Origin: Deinococcota bacterium
GTDB taxonomy: Bacteria; Deinococcota; Deinococci; Deinococcales; Thermaceae
Direction of reading: 5' to 3'
Length of the DNA stretch: 34,072 bases
NCBI GenBank assembly: GCA_041695225.1
Contig: JBGFRI010000039.1
Location: forward strand, 1 to 34,072
The position numbers and the translations under genes were made by a program. Each line of letters opens with the position of its first letter. Position 1 is the stretch's first letter. Under the pieces are notes generated by a model. The model was not told where the DNA came from and searched no databases. It saw only the letters and a program-made list of their open reading frames with translations. This document shows positions 1 to 9,393 of this stretch, piece after piece.

Positions 1-204
1 TATCAGGCCTGAGCAGCCTTTGCTTGGTTAGGCCCAAGGCGAGCAGTTCATTGCCAAGCCACAGGGGCAGACGATCGGAGGGCTACGCCTTGAACCTGAT
101 ACCAGTTTGTCATACAGACGAGGGGGGAGTGAGTTTTCCATGAGCCCCGCGCACCTGTGGCGACCAAACCCAAGGGAGTTTCTTGGTAGTGTCTGGCAAG
201 TGTT

Positions 205-1356
205 TTACAGAATCGAGGCAATGCGCTCCAGGGCCCTGTGGATGTTGTCCTCGCTGGTGGCGTAGCTAAAACGTACATGATGGGGGGCCGCAAAGTCGGT
301 TCCTGGCACCACCGCAACCCTGGCCTGGTTGAGCAATTTTAAAGCAGCCTGGTTCTCGTCGGGGTCAATCCGGGAGACATCACAGAGCACGTAGAAGGCT
401 CCGTTTACCCTGGGAGTGGGCAGGCCGAGAGCATTCAGGCCATCCACAATAACGCTCCGCCGAGTGCGGTAGGCTTCGCGAGCCATCGAGATGAACTTTT
501 GCGCCTCCTGCACATTGGAGAGCGCCTCTACCACCGCCCACTGGGCAATGGTGTCCGGGCTGGTGGTGGACTGGCTGGAAACATCGGAAATGGCCCTGAT
601 TACATCTTTGGGCCCGCCGGCGTAGCCGATGCGCCAGCCGGTCATGGCGAAGGCTTTGGCTGCGCCGTTGACCGTGATGGTTCGGCTGGGGGCGACGTGG
701 GCTGGTGAGAAGTGTTGGCCGTCGTAGATGAGGTGCTCGTAAATTTCGTCGGAGACGATATAGAGGTCGTGCTTGTTGGCCAGCTCGGCAGTAGCCGCTA
801 AAACGTCTTTGGGATAGACCGCCCCGGTGGGGTTGCCCGGAGAGTTGAGCACAATGGCCTTGGTACGGGGGGTAATCCTGCTCTCAATTTCGGCAGGATC
901 GGGGATAAAACCCGACTCGGGGCCGGTGTTTACCTCTACCGGCACCCCCTCGGCAAAGCGGATCATCTCGGGATAGCTAACCCAGTAAGGGCCAATCACA
1001 ATTACTTCATCGCCCGGGTCGAGGATAGCCTGGAACAGATTAAACAGGCACTGCTTGCCCCCGACCGTGACCACGGTCTGGTCGGCAGGAATCTCGAGGT
1101 CGTTTTCACGTTTGAACTTGGCGCTAATGGCTTCGCGCAACTCGGGAATGCCTGCCGGCGGGGCATACTTGGTCTTGCCAGCCCACATTGCCCTAGCAGC
1201 GGCATCTTTAATAAACTGGGGCGTATCGAAATCAGGCTCGCCTGCCGTCATGGCAATCAGATCTACGCCCTGGCGACGAAGCTCGAGCGCTTTGGCATTT
1301 ACCGCTACCGTAGAGGATGGCTTCATGGTTCTAACACGTTTAGACAGGCCGCGCAT
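205..1356 (-). CDS. aspC: Aspartate aminotransferase (class I/II PLP-dependent, Thermus AspC type)
   Basis: 383 aa; N-term MRGLSKRVRTMKPSSTVAVNAK, GEPDF, NSPGNPTG, SDEIY, AKAFAMTGWRIGY (PLP lysine); closely resembles recalled T. thermophilus AspC. Confidence 0.93.
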   Translation of the reverse strand: MRGLSKRVRTMKPSSTVAVNAKALELRRQGVDLIAMTAGEPDFDTPQFIKDAAARAMWAGKTKYAPPAGIPELREAISAKFKRENDLEIPADQTVVTVGGKQCLFNLFQAILDPGDEVIVIGPYWVSYPEMIRFAEGVPVEVNTGPESGFIPDPAEIESRITPRTKAIVLNSPGNPTGAVYPKDVLAATAELANKHDLYIVSDEIYEHLIYDGQHFSPAHVAPSRTITVNGAAKAFAMTGWRIGYAGGPKDVIRAISDVSSQSTTSPDTIAQWAVVEALSNVQEAQKFISMAREAYRTRRSVIVDGLNALGLPTPRVNGAFYVLCDVSRIDPDENQAALKLLNQARVAVVPGTDFAAPHHVRFSYATSEDNIHRALERIASIL

Positions 1357-1495
1357 ACCTTGCTATTGTTAGGGGTAGGCATACAAAGCGCAAGGGTCAG
1401 TTGGCCTTTGGCAAGGCCATTGGCCACAGTGCGCATGCTACTGACCGTCCAAATGACCCATCTACTGCACTAGCAGGCTGTACGCTTGTTCTCAA

Positions 1496-1924
1496 ATGAA
1501 ACCTCTGGTGTTTTCGCTGCTGCTGTTGCTGGGTGTTCCAGCGCTGGCCCAGACGCTAGTGGAGGTGACCACCGTGGCCGCTGTTGCCTCCACTCTGGAT
1601 TCCAATGTGCGCCTGCCTTCGGGCTCTTTCCGCGCCGGGCGTGGCAGCGACGCGATTGTGGCCCGGATTCCCGACGCAGGCCGGTTTCGTCTGGAGGTTT
1701 TTGCTGCCTCAGGCCTGGCCGCCCGTCTTCAAGCTGGGTTTGTGCAGCAGATACTAACCAGCTTCGCGGTAGCCGGCTATTTTGTGCAGAACCAGCAAGA
1801 AATTCATGTCGCGGGAGAAGTGCGCACCCGCTACGACCTGACAGACAGTGCAGGCCGGGCTGCCATCTTGTTTGTGGTGCGTAAAGGTAATGAGTTAGTA
1901 TACGCGTTTGGCAGGGCCAGATAG
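1496..1924 (+). CDS. Hypothetical exported protein
   Basis: 142 aa; Sec-type signal peptide MKPLVFSLLLLLGVPALA/Q; -10-like TACGCT at 1481-1486. Confidence 0.75.
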   Translation: MKPLVFSLLLLLGVPALAQTLVEVTTVAAVASTLDSNVRLPSGSFRAGRGSDAIVARIPDAGRFRLEVFAASGLAARLQAGFVQQILTSFAVAGYFVQNQQEIHVAGEVRTRYDLTDSAGRAAILFVVRKGNELVYAFGRAR

Positions 1925-2051
1925 TGCCGGAGTGACGTTGAAAAAGCTATTACCCTTTTCGGGGCTAGGATTAGCAACTGTAATGCTCGAGGTGTGACGC
2001 GGACAGCAAATTTTGAATCCAGCATCTGAAGGGCCATGGTATAACGGGGCT

Positions 2052-2813
2052 GTGAATCTTCCCAGCATCGGGATCGGCCTGGCGGCAGGGGTTTTTGGTG
2101 GCCTGGTGGGCCTTGGCGGGGGGATCGTGGCGATGCCCCTGATGGTTGCCATCCTGAAGCTCACCCAGCATAGGGCCGTGGCAACCAGTCTGGTGATGGT
2201 AGTTTTTACCGGACTGGCTGGTGCATCGACCTATGCGATGCAGGGCACGGTGGACTGGGTTGCAGGTATGCTGATCTTTCCTGCCGCAATGGTCACGGCC
2301 AACATGGGTGCCCGACTTGCCAATCGGCTTCCCGAGTGGAGACTCAAACGGGTCTTTGGCTGGTACATGGTCTTTGTAGCCCTCTTGCTCGTGCTCAAAC
2401 CCTACATTCCACATGTTGAGGAACCTTTACAAGGCTGGGTACGAGTTTTACCCTTGCTTTTTACCGGTGCAATAGCTGGCTTTGCATCGGGCCTGCTAGG
2501 GGTGGGGGGCGGCACCATTACGGTACCGATCATGGTGCTGCTGGTGGGCCTAGATCAACATACCGCCCAGGGCACATCTTTGCTAGCCATGATTCCTTCG
2601 GCGCTGGTGGGGTCTTATACACACTACCGCTATGGCAATCTGGCGCAGCAGTTTGTGCCGGGTCTGATAATGGGCATTGTGTTAGGGGCTTTTGCGGGAA
2701 GTCTGGCTGCTAATCAACTGCCAGAACTCTGGCTGCGGGTGGTGTTTGCGGTGGTGCTAATCTGGACGGCTACACGCTATGTTGGAGCAAAACCCCAGAC
2801 CCAGACGGTGTAG
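2052..2813 (+). CDS. Sulfite exporter TauE/SafE family membrane protein
   Basis: Hydrophobic; two internal repeats of GLxGxGGG..VP and A.(A/G)TSL; start placed at GTG 2052 (ORF track starts at 2013), 6 nt after TATAAC. Confidence 0.88.
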   Translation: MNLPSIGIGLAAGVFGGLVGLGGGIVAMPLMVAILKLTQHRAVATSLVMVVFTGLAGASTYAMQGTVDWVAGMLIFPAAMVTANMGARLANRLPEWRLKRVFGWYMVFVALLLVLKPYIPHVEEPLQGWVRVLPLLFTGAIAGFASGLLGVGGGTITVPIMVLLVGLDQHTAQGTSLLAMIPSALVGSYTHYRYGNLAQQFVPGLIMGIVLGAFAGSLAANQLPELWLRVVFAVVLIWTATRYVGAKPQTQTV

Positions 2814-2831
2814 GCGCGCTAGGCAGACGAT

Positions 2832-3085
2832 GTCTGAAGTCGAAGGTCGAAAGTCACAGGTCGCAGGTCTCAGGTCACAAGGCGCAGGTCGCAGGTCAGA
2901 AGTTAGTCGAGGGTCGAGGGTCGAGGGTCGAGGGTCAAAAATCAGTCGCAGGTCAAAGGTCGAGGGTCGAACGCTTTCAGCTTTAGGCTTTCAGCCTTCA
3001 ACTGGCTATTAGCTATCGACTATGGGCTATCGGCTATTAACTATCAGCTATCGGCTGATAGAAGGTCGCAAGTTGCGGGCTAGGA
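2832..3085. repeat. Degenerate heptamer tandem array (GTCGMAG / GTCGAGG / GCTTTCA / GCTATCG-type blocks)
   Basis: About 34 7-nt units parsed directly, in blocks of 10, 5, 8, 8 and ~3 separated by 4-nt spacers. Confidence 0.9.
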
Positions 3086-3165
3086 ATTAATTGTGTTATC
3101 GGTCTTTGGCAATGTGACCCCTACCCCGTTCATCAGAGTATTTCCGGGCATAATCTGAATACGAG

Positions 3166-4215
3166 ATGAGTGTACTTACCGAGGCCTCGGTACTGGAAGC
3201 CCTAAAAACTGTCAACGATCCTGAGCTGCACAAGGATCTGGTATCGCTGGGAATGGTCGAGAATATTCGGCTAGATGGTGCCAAAGTCGCAGTTAAAATA
3301 AACCTCACTACCCCTGCCTGCCCGCTCAAGGGGCAGATCGAAGGAGATGTACGGGCCGCGATTAGCAAGATAGGGGCTGCCCAGGTTGAAGTGCAGTTTG
3401 GCGCACAGGTACGCACACCACAAAACCTTCCCCTGCCGGGGGTAAAGTACATCGTGGCCGTGGCTTCTGGCAAAGGTGGGGTAGGTAAGAGCACCGTGGC
3501 GGCCAATCTGGCAGTTGCCCTGGCTCAGGATGGAGCCAGCGTGGGCTTGCTGGACGCAGATATCTACGGCCCCAGTCAGGCCCAGATGTTTGGTACGCAA
3601 AGCAGCAAGCTGATGGTGGACGAGCACAAACGGATGGTTCCCCTAGATCGCCACGGCATCAAGCTGATCAGCATTGCCAATATTGTTCCGGCAGGCCAGG
3701 CCATGGTCTGGCGCGGCCCCATACTGCACGGCACCCTCAAGCAATTTCTGCATGAAGTGGCCTGGGGCGAGCTGGACTATCTGATTATTGACCTGCCCCC
3801 TGGCACGGGGGATGTGCAGCTCTCTTTGTCTCAGCTTACGCGGCTTTCGGGTGGGCTGATCGTGACTACGCCGCAGGACCTGGCCCGAATTGATGCCGAG
3901 CGGGCGGTGGACATGTTCAAGCGGGTGCAGGTAAGTGTTCTGGGCATTATCGAAAACATGTCCTATTTTGAGCAGAACGGCCAGAAGTCTTACATCTTTG
4001 GGCAGGGTGGGGGCCGTAAAATGGCCGAGCAGTACAAGACCGCTTTCCTGGGAGAGATTCCACTTGCGCTCTCGGTGCGCGAAGGCGGGGATAACGGGGT
4101 GCCGGTGGTGGTGGGTTACCCGCACTCGCCCGAGGCCGAGGCCTTCCGTCAGGCTGCGCGCAATTTGGCCGGTCAGTTGTCGGTGCAGTCTTACCTGCTG
4201 CTGCCCATGGTTTAG
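3166..4215 (+). CDS. mrp: Mrp/NBP35/ApbC family Fe-S cluster carrier ATPase
   Basis: N-terminal DPEL..DLV.LG / LTTPACP domain; ASGKGGVGKST, LDADIYGPS, WRGP, DLPPGTGD, ENMS. Confidence 0.93.
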   Translation: MSVLTEASVLEALKTVNDPELHKDLVSLGMVENIRLDGAKVAVKINLTTPACPLKGQIEGDVRAAISKIGAAQVEVQFGAQVRTPQNLPLPGVKYIVAVASGKGGVGKSTVAANLAVALAQDGASVGLLDADIYGPSQAQMFGTQSSKLMVDEHKRMVPLDRHGIKLISIANIVPAGQAMVWRGPILHGTLKQFLHEVAWGELDYLIIDLPPGTGDVQLSLSQLTRLSGGLIVTTPQDLARIDAERAVDMFKRVQVSVLGIIENMSYFEQNGQKSYIFGQGGGRKMAEQYKTAFLGEIPLALSVREGGDNGVPVVVGYPHSPEAEAFRQAARNLAGQLSVQSYLLLPMV

Positions 4216-4222
4216 GGTTGTT

Positions 4223-4843
4223 ATGGCTTTGGGAATGGGCGAGACCAAGCTGCGCATCCTCGAGACCTTGCGCTCCAGGTCGAGCTGTGCTGGCTCGCTG
4301 GCTGAGTCGCTGGGCATCTCCAAGGTAGCGGTGCACCGGCACCTAGAAGACCTCGAGCGCGAGGGTCTGGTGCGGGCGCGTCTGGAGAAAAACGAGGGCC
4401 GGGGCCGTCCCAAGCAGGTTTACCAGGCCGTAGATGAGCAAGCCCCCTATGCCCGTATGTGCGCCGAGGTGCTCACCCACCTCAAAGAGCTATTTGGCGC
4501 CGGTCTGGTGCTGGAAGTACTGACCAAGCGCAACAACAGGTTGCTGGAGGAACTCACCCCACATATGGAGGGCCTGACCCTCGAGCAAAAAGTCTTTCGG
4601 CTGGCCGAGTTCCTGGTCGAGCAGGGCTACCAGGCCAGTTTTTACTTTGAAAATGGCGCCTGGTATCTGGAGCAAGCCCGCTGCCCCAAGCTGGCGCTTT
4701 CCATGGAGCACAGCGAGTTCTGCCAAGCCGAGCAGCAGATGTACCAGAAGCTGCTTGGTGTGTCCGTGGCCCGCGAGGAGCGCATCGCAGCCGGAGGAGA
4801 CTGCTGCCGTTACCGTATTGATGTGACCGGAATCCCGAGTTAG
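4223..4843 (+). CDS. ArsR-like HTH regulator, SufR-like (Cys-containing C-terminal domain)
   Basis: LAESLGISKVAVHRHLEDLEREGLV..GRGRP HTH; C-terminal CP..FC.AE..CCRY; real start ATG 4223 (or 4235) just after the mrp stop; the longer ORF-track call overlaps mrp. Confidence 0.85.
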   Translation: MALGMGETKLRILETLRSRSSCAGSLAESLGISKVAVHRHLEDLEREGLVRARLEKNEGRGRPKQVYQAVDEQAPYARMCAEVLTHLKELFGAGLVLEVLTKRNNRLLEELTPHMEGLTLEQKVFRLAEFLVEQGYQASFYFENGAWYLEQARCPKLALSMEHSEFCQAEQQMYQKLLGVSVAREERIAAGGDCCRYRIDVTGIPS

Positions 4844-4991
4844 AGTCTGCTCGTCCACGTTGTAGCTAGACTGGGATACAAAGTTACCTGTCCTGAGCTC
4901 AACAGGTGCCGCGTGATGCACATAGCGTGTCCCGAGCTATTCTTTTGCTGGGATGTATGGTATCGCCGGTGGTGTGCGATGTGCTTGAGAG

Positions 4992-5966
4992 CTACTGCCT
5001 GCGACCTTCCGCGAAGCGCCAGGCGGTCTGGACAATCTGGCCGATCTCCTTGTATTTAGCCTCCCAGCTCAGTACCTGGCGAGCCCTGGTGGGATCGGCC
5101 ACCAGAGCGGGGGGGTCGCCGGGGCGGCGGGGAGCTTCTTCGGCGGGCACTTTAGAGACCCCAACCCGCTCGACTGCGGCAATGACTTCACGCACGCTGC
5201 TGCCCTGGCCGGTTCCCAGGTTGAAAGCAGCAGGCCGGCCACCCTCGAGCAGATACTGCACCGACCGCGCATGGGCGTCGGCCAGGTCCATCACATGGAT
5301 GTAGTCGCGGACAGCAGTGCCATCCGGGGTGGGGTAGTCGGTGCCGAAAATCTTGACCGGGGGGCGCCTGCCCAGAGCGGCGTCTATCACCAGGGGTATC
5401 AGATGGGTCTCGGGGTCGTGGACTTCGCCAATTTCGCCCCCAGGGTCGGCCCCGCTGGCGTTGAAGTAGCGCAGCGAGACCCAGCCCATCCCGTGGCAAT
5501 CGCCAAACCACTTGAGCATCTTTTCCCCCATCAGCTTGGACTCACCGTAGGGGCTGATGGCCGACTGGGGGAAGTCCTCGCTGATGGGCACACGCTCGGG
5601 GATGCCATAGGTAGCGCACGAGGAAGAGAAGACCATCTGCCGGACACCTGACTCGTGCATGGCCTCGAGCAGGTTGAGCATATTGGCCACGTTGTTACGA
5701 AAATACTTGGCCGGGTTCTGCATGGACTCGCCCACATAGGCATTGGCGGCAAAGTGGATTACCGCCTCGATCTGATGGTCGCTCAGGGCGTGCAGAATGG
5801 CGTTTTTATCGGCCAGGTCGGCCTCGACCAGTGGCCCCCAGCGCACCGCCCAGCGGTGGCCCGTACTGAGGTTGTCAAACACTACGGGGGTGTGACCGGC
5901 TTGCTTGAGGGTTTTGGCGGTGTGGCTGCCGATATAGCCCGCCCCCCCCACAACCAGAACATTCAT
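4992..5966 (-). CDS. galE: UDP-sugar 4-epimerase (GalE family; possibly UDP-xylose/UDP-arabinose 4-epimerase)
   Basis: GGAGYIGSH, HFAANAYVGES, FSSSCATYG, YGESK, LRYFN, TPDGTAVRDYIHV. Confidence 0.88.
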   Translation of the reverse strand: MNVLVVGGAGYIGSHTAKTLKQAGHTPVVFDNLSTGHRWAVRWGPLVEADLADKNAILHALSDHQIEAVIHFAANAYVGESMQNPAKYFRNNVANMLNLLEAMHESGVRQMVFSSSCATYGIPERVPISEDFPQSAISPYGESKLMGEKMLKWFGDCHGMGWVSLRYFNASGADPGGEIGEVHDPETHLIPLVIDAALGRRPPVKIFGTDYPTPDGTAVRDYIHVMDLADAHARSVQYLLEGGRPAAFNLGTGQGSSVREVIAAVERVGVSKVPAEEAPRRPGDPPALVADPTRARQVLSWEAKYKEIGQIVQTAWRFAEGRRQ

Positions 5967-6014
5967 AAGCTATACCTCTCTCCTGGCAACAAAAGACATT
6001 TCCGAAGCTCCCTG

Positions 6015-6962
6015 CTATCCGAGGGTTGTGGACTGAAGGCCCTTAAAATAAGCGATGGTACGGGTTAATCCCTCCCGCACCGGCACCTGGGGCACCCAGC
6101 CCAGCAGTTCTTTGGCGCGAGAGATGTCCGGACGGCGCTGACGGGGGTCATCCTGGGGTAGGGGCTGGTATACCAGGGGTAGCTGCGAACCTACCAGCTC
6201 TTGTATCAGCTGGGCCAGCTGGAGAACGGTGTACTCCTCGGGGTTGCCCAGGTTTACCGGCTGGTGATACTCCACCTCCATCAGGCGACGAATGCCTTCA
6301 ATAAGGTCGTCCACGTACTGGAAGCTGCGGGTCTGGCTACCGTTGCCGTAGATGGTGAGGGGCTGGCCGTGTAGGGCCTGGACGGTAAAGTTGGTGACAA
6401 CCCGCCCGTCCTGGGCATCCATGCGCGGGCCGTAGGTATTGAAGATGCGGATGGTGCGGGTGGAGACGCGCCTGGCCTGCTGGTAGGCCATGGTGAGGGT
6501 CTCGGCGTAGCGTTTGGCCTCGTCGTAGATGGAGCGCGGGCCCACCGGGTTGACATTACCCCAGTAGGTCTCGGGCTGGGGGTGCACCAGGGGGTCGCCG
6601 TAGACCTCGGAGGTAGAGGCCAGAAAGAACCGTGCCCCCTTTCCTGCGGCCATATCTAACAGATGGCGGGTACCCTCGCCATTGACCAGAATGGTCTGGA
6701 CTGGCAGCTTAAGGTAACGCGGAGGCGAGGCCGGCGAGGCGAAGTGCATTACCCAGTCGAGGCTGGCGGCGATCTGCAAGGGCCTGGATGCATCGGCCTG
6801 TAGAAAGTGAAACCTGGGGAACCTGGCTAGAAGCTCCACATTGCGCTTCTGGCCGCTGCTGAAATCGTCGACGCCGATAACCTCAAACCCCTCGAGTAGC
6901 AGCCGCTCACACAGGTGGCTGCCCAGAAAACCTGCCGCGCCGGTGATCAGGATTCGCATCAA
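6015..6962 (-). CDS. uxs: UDP-glucuronate decarboxylase (UDP-xylose synthase)
   Basis: [74 protein letters not shown]. Confidence 0.9.
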   Translation of the reverse strand: MMRILITGAAGFLGSHLCERLLLEGFEVIGVDDFSSGQKRNVELLARFPRFHFLQADASRPLQIAASLDWVMHFASPASPPRYLKLPVQTILVNGEGTRHLLDMAAGKGARFFLASTSEVYGDPLVHPQPETYWGNVNPVGPRSIYDEAKRYAETLTMAYQQARRVSTRTIRIFNTYGPRMDAQDGRVVTNFTVQALHGQPLTIYGNGSQTRSFQYVDDLIEGIRRLMEVEYHQPVNLGNPEEYTVLQLAQLIQELVGSQLPLVYQPLPQDDPRQRRPDISRAKELLGWVPQVPVREGLTRTIAYFKGLQSTTLG

Positions 6963-7077
6963 TATCCTCCAGATTCATAGCTCTGTATAGGTGTAGAAAT
7001 TACCCCATGAATTTCGAGGGCCAGAAGATTGCCGCATGACCAAGCTTCTACTTACGTGCCTCGAGCTCCTGCGGCTT

Positions 7078-8484
7078 TTAGCCCTCAGCCGTTACTGGGT
7101 GCAGACTGGTACCAAGCCCCACGCCCACATGCAAGAAGCCCGCCTTGGTCAGGCGCTGTCTGTCGAGGAAGTTGCGGCCGTCTACCACCAGGGGTTTCTT
7201 CATCAGCCTGGCTATGTTCTCCCAGTCGAGGTCGCGATAGACAGCCCAGTCGGTGACCAGTACCACTGCGTCGGCATCCTCGGCTAGGTCCATCACGCTC
7301 TCGCAGTGCTCTACGGCCAGATCGGGGTTCTGCAGCCGGGCCTGCTCGAGCGCAACCGGATCGTGTACGCGTACCTTGGCGCCCCGCTCGAGCAGGCGTC
7401 GGGCCATATCCAGTGCAGGCGAGTCGCGCAGGTCGTCGGTGTTGGGCTTGAAGGCCAGGCCCAACAGACCGATGGTACGACCCTTCAGGATTTTTAGCTC
7501 GCGCTGAAGCTTTTCCACTATGCGCTCACGCTGCCGGTAGTTGACCTCGCGGGCAGCTTGCACGATGGGCATGGTCAGGCCGTACTCCTGGCCCGTCGAG
7601 ACCAGTGCCGCGGTGTCCTTGCCAAAGCAACTGCCACCCCAGCCGATCCCGGCCTGCAAAAAGCGCGAGCCAATCCGGCTATCCAGGCCAATCCCGCGGG
7701 CAATTTGGGAGATATCGGCGCCTACTCGTTCGGCCAGGTTGGCGATCTCGTTGATAAAGCTGATCTTGACTGATAAGAAAGCATTGGCTGCGTACTTGAT
7801 AAGCTCGGCCGAGGCCAGGTCGGCGGAGATCAGGGGAACGGCCTTCATGGCGTTGGGGCGGGGCTGGAAGGCCGGTTCAGCGAAGCTTTGCTCGATTATG
7901 GGGCGGTAGAGGTTGTAGAGCACCTTGATGGCCTCCTCCCGCTCGGCGCCCACTACGATGCGGTCAGGATATAGCGAGTCGTAGATGGCAGAGCCCTCGC
8001 GGAGGAACTCGGGGTTGGAGGCCACCGCAAAGTTTCCCCTGGCTTTCTTGCCGTTCTTGGCCTCATAAGCGGTCTGTACCAGCGACTCTACCCAGTTACC
8101 CGAGCCAATGGGCACGGTGGATTTGTTGACGATCACCGTGAATTTGCTGTTTAGTTGTTGCCCGATACCCTGAGCGGCGGCCTGCACGTAGCGCAGGTCG
8201 GGGCTGCCGTCAGAGGCGGCGGGTGTACCTACGGCAATGTAGATCACATCGGCATCTGGTACTGCCTCGGCATAAGAGTCGGTGAAAACTAGGCGTTTGC
8301 GGGCGGCGTGCATGAGCTCCTCGAGGCCCGGCTCATAGAAATGCGTTCGGCCTGAACGCAAAAGCGCCAGCTTGCTGGGATCTAAGTCCACACATGTCAC
8401 CTGGTGGCCGATATAGGCCAGCGTGACCCCGGTGGTAAGGCCAACATATCCCGTGCCGATAACCGCGACTTTCATAGCCTTCAT
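7078..8484 (-). CDS. ugd: UDP-glucose 6-dehydrogenase
   Basis: GTGYVGL, AVGTP, KSTVP, SNPEFLREG, KYAANAFL, GGSCFGKD (catalytic Cys), FKPNTDDLR. Confidence 0.93.
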   Translation of the reverse strand: MKAMKVAVIGTGYVGLTTGVTLAYIGHQVTCVDLDPSKLALLRSGRTHFYEPGLEELMHAARKRLVFTDSYAEAVPDADVIYIAVGTPAASDGSPDLRYVQAAAQGIGQQLNSKFTVIVNKSTVPIGSGNWVESLVQTAYEAKNGKKARGNFAVASNPEFLREGSAIYDSLYPDRIVVGAEREEAIKVLYNLYRPIIEQSFAEPAFQPRPNAMKAVPLISADLASAELIKYAANAFLSVKISFINEIANLAERVGADISQIARGIGLDSRIGSRFLQAGIGWGGSCFGKDTAALVSTGQEYGLTMPIVQAAREVNYRQRERIVEKLQRELKILKGRTIGLLGLAFKPNTDDLRDSPALDMARRLLERGAKVRVHDPVALEQARLQNPDLAVEHCESVMDLAEDADAVVLVTDWAVYRDLDWENIARLMKKPLVVDGRNFLDRQRLTKAGFLHVGVGLGTSLHPVTAEG

Positions 8485-8895
8485 GCTTTACCCCTCTAGT
8501 CCTGCGCCATTCGTATAAGCAGTGGACTGTCACAATGCCGTAATAAGTGTACAGGCCCGCATGGAAGGCGAAATAGGCAAAAATCAGCGCAAATGGCAGA
8601 ATAGCCCTGAAGGGCGTCATTTTTACGGTTTGGTGTTACAGCGGCGTGAAACAAGGCAACAAAGTTCACGCCTCTTTGCTAAGTGATACAGCCGTTTGAC
8701 TTCGCTTCCCCCAGGTGTTCGCCGCCCTTTGCTGCAATTAAGCTCTGCCCGGCAGGTAGCCGCACCAAGAGGTCTGCGATACTGTCCCCTCCAGACCGGA
8801 TACAAAACCCGGCCTGGACTATTTCGACGCCATTTGCATCTTGGGGACGACGTAAACTGCCTTGGAAAGTGGAGGGCCAAAGTTATATTCCATGC

Positions 8896-9372
8896 TCAAA
8901 CCCTGGTTCCTTCGCTGCCCCAGCTCGAGTAAGCGTAGAAGCGGCCCCGCTCCCCCCGGATGTAGTCCATCAGCGGCTCTAGTAGGGGGCGATGTTCGTC
9001 AAGCCGGACAGCAACCTCATCTGCCGTGAAGAAGCGGGCCTCCACGATGTGCCCATCCGGGTCTTTGGGGTTGAGTAAACCTTCGTACCTGGCACGAAAG
9101 GCCAGGGCGATGGTACGTTCGCCTTTGCGATGGTCTTCAACCTGAATTACGTAAGCCAGATGCTCAATCCCTTTGACCCGAAGCCCGGTTTCTTCCTGTA
9201 CCTCCCGCGCGATAGTTACCGGGATGGTCTCTCCGGCTTCGACCATTCCGCCCGGCAGGGTATAGCGCACCTTACCCCGGCGGCCCCAGTCGTTGGCGAC
9301 CAGCAAGACCCGCCCTTGCTTATCCATCAGGATAGCGGCGGCTACCAGTAGGTCTCGTCGCAACCCATGCAT
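8896..9372 (-). CDS. Nudix hydrolase
   Basis: Nudix box GGMVEAGETIPVTIAREVQEETGL. Confidence 0.88.
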   Translation of the reverse strand: MHGLRRDLLVAAAILMDKQGRVLLVANDWGRRGKVRYTLPGGMVEAGETIPVTIAREVQEETGLRVKGIEHLAYVIQVEDHRKGERTIALAFRARYEGLLNPKDPDGHIVEARFFTADEVAVRLDEHRPLLEPLMDYIRGERGRFYAYSSWGSEGTRV

Positions 9373-9393
9373 CAGCTGCTCGCCTTTGGTGTC

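Noticed and set aside
1..12. TATCAGGCCTGA, similar to 11620-11631
   Set aside because: Only an 11/12 match with unrelated downstream sequence; likely chance.
2779..3012. 77-aa ORF rich in SQVAGRRS/RVEG
   Set aside because: It is just the translation of the heptamer array.
2832..3085. Possible CRISPR array
   Set aside because: No constant 23-47 bp repeat with unique spacers, and no cas genes in the window.
3935..4222. N-terminal extension of the HTH regulator
   Set aside because: It overlaps mrp in another frame; ATG 4223 is the natural start.
8333..8620. Hydrophobic 95-aa ORF upstream of ugd
   Set aside because: It overlaps ugd out of frame and lies in AT-rich promoter DNA; no supporting signal.
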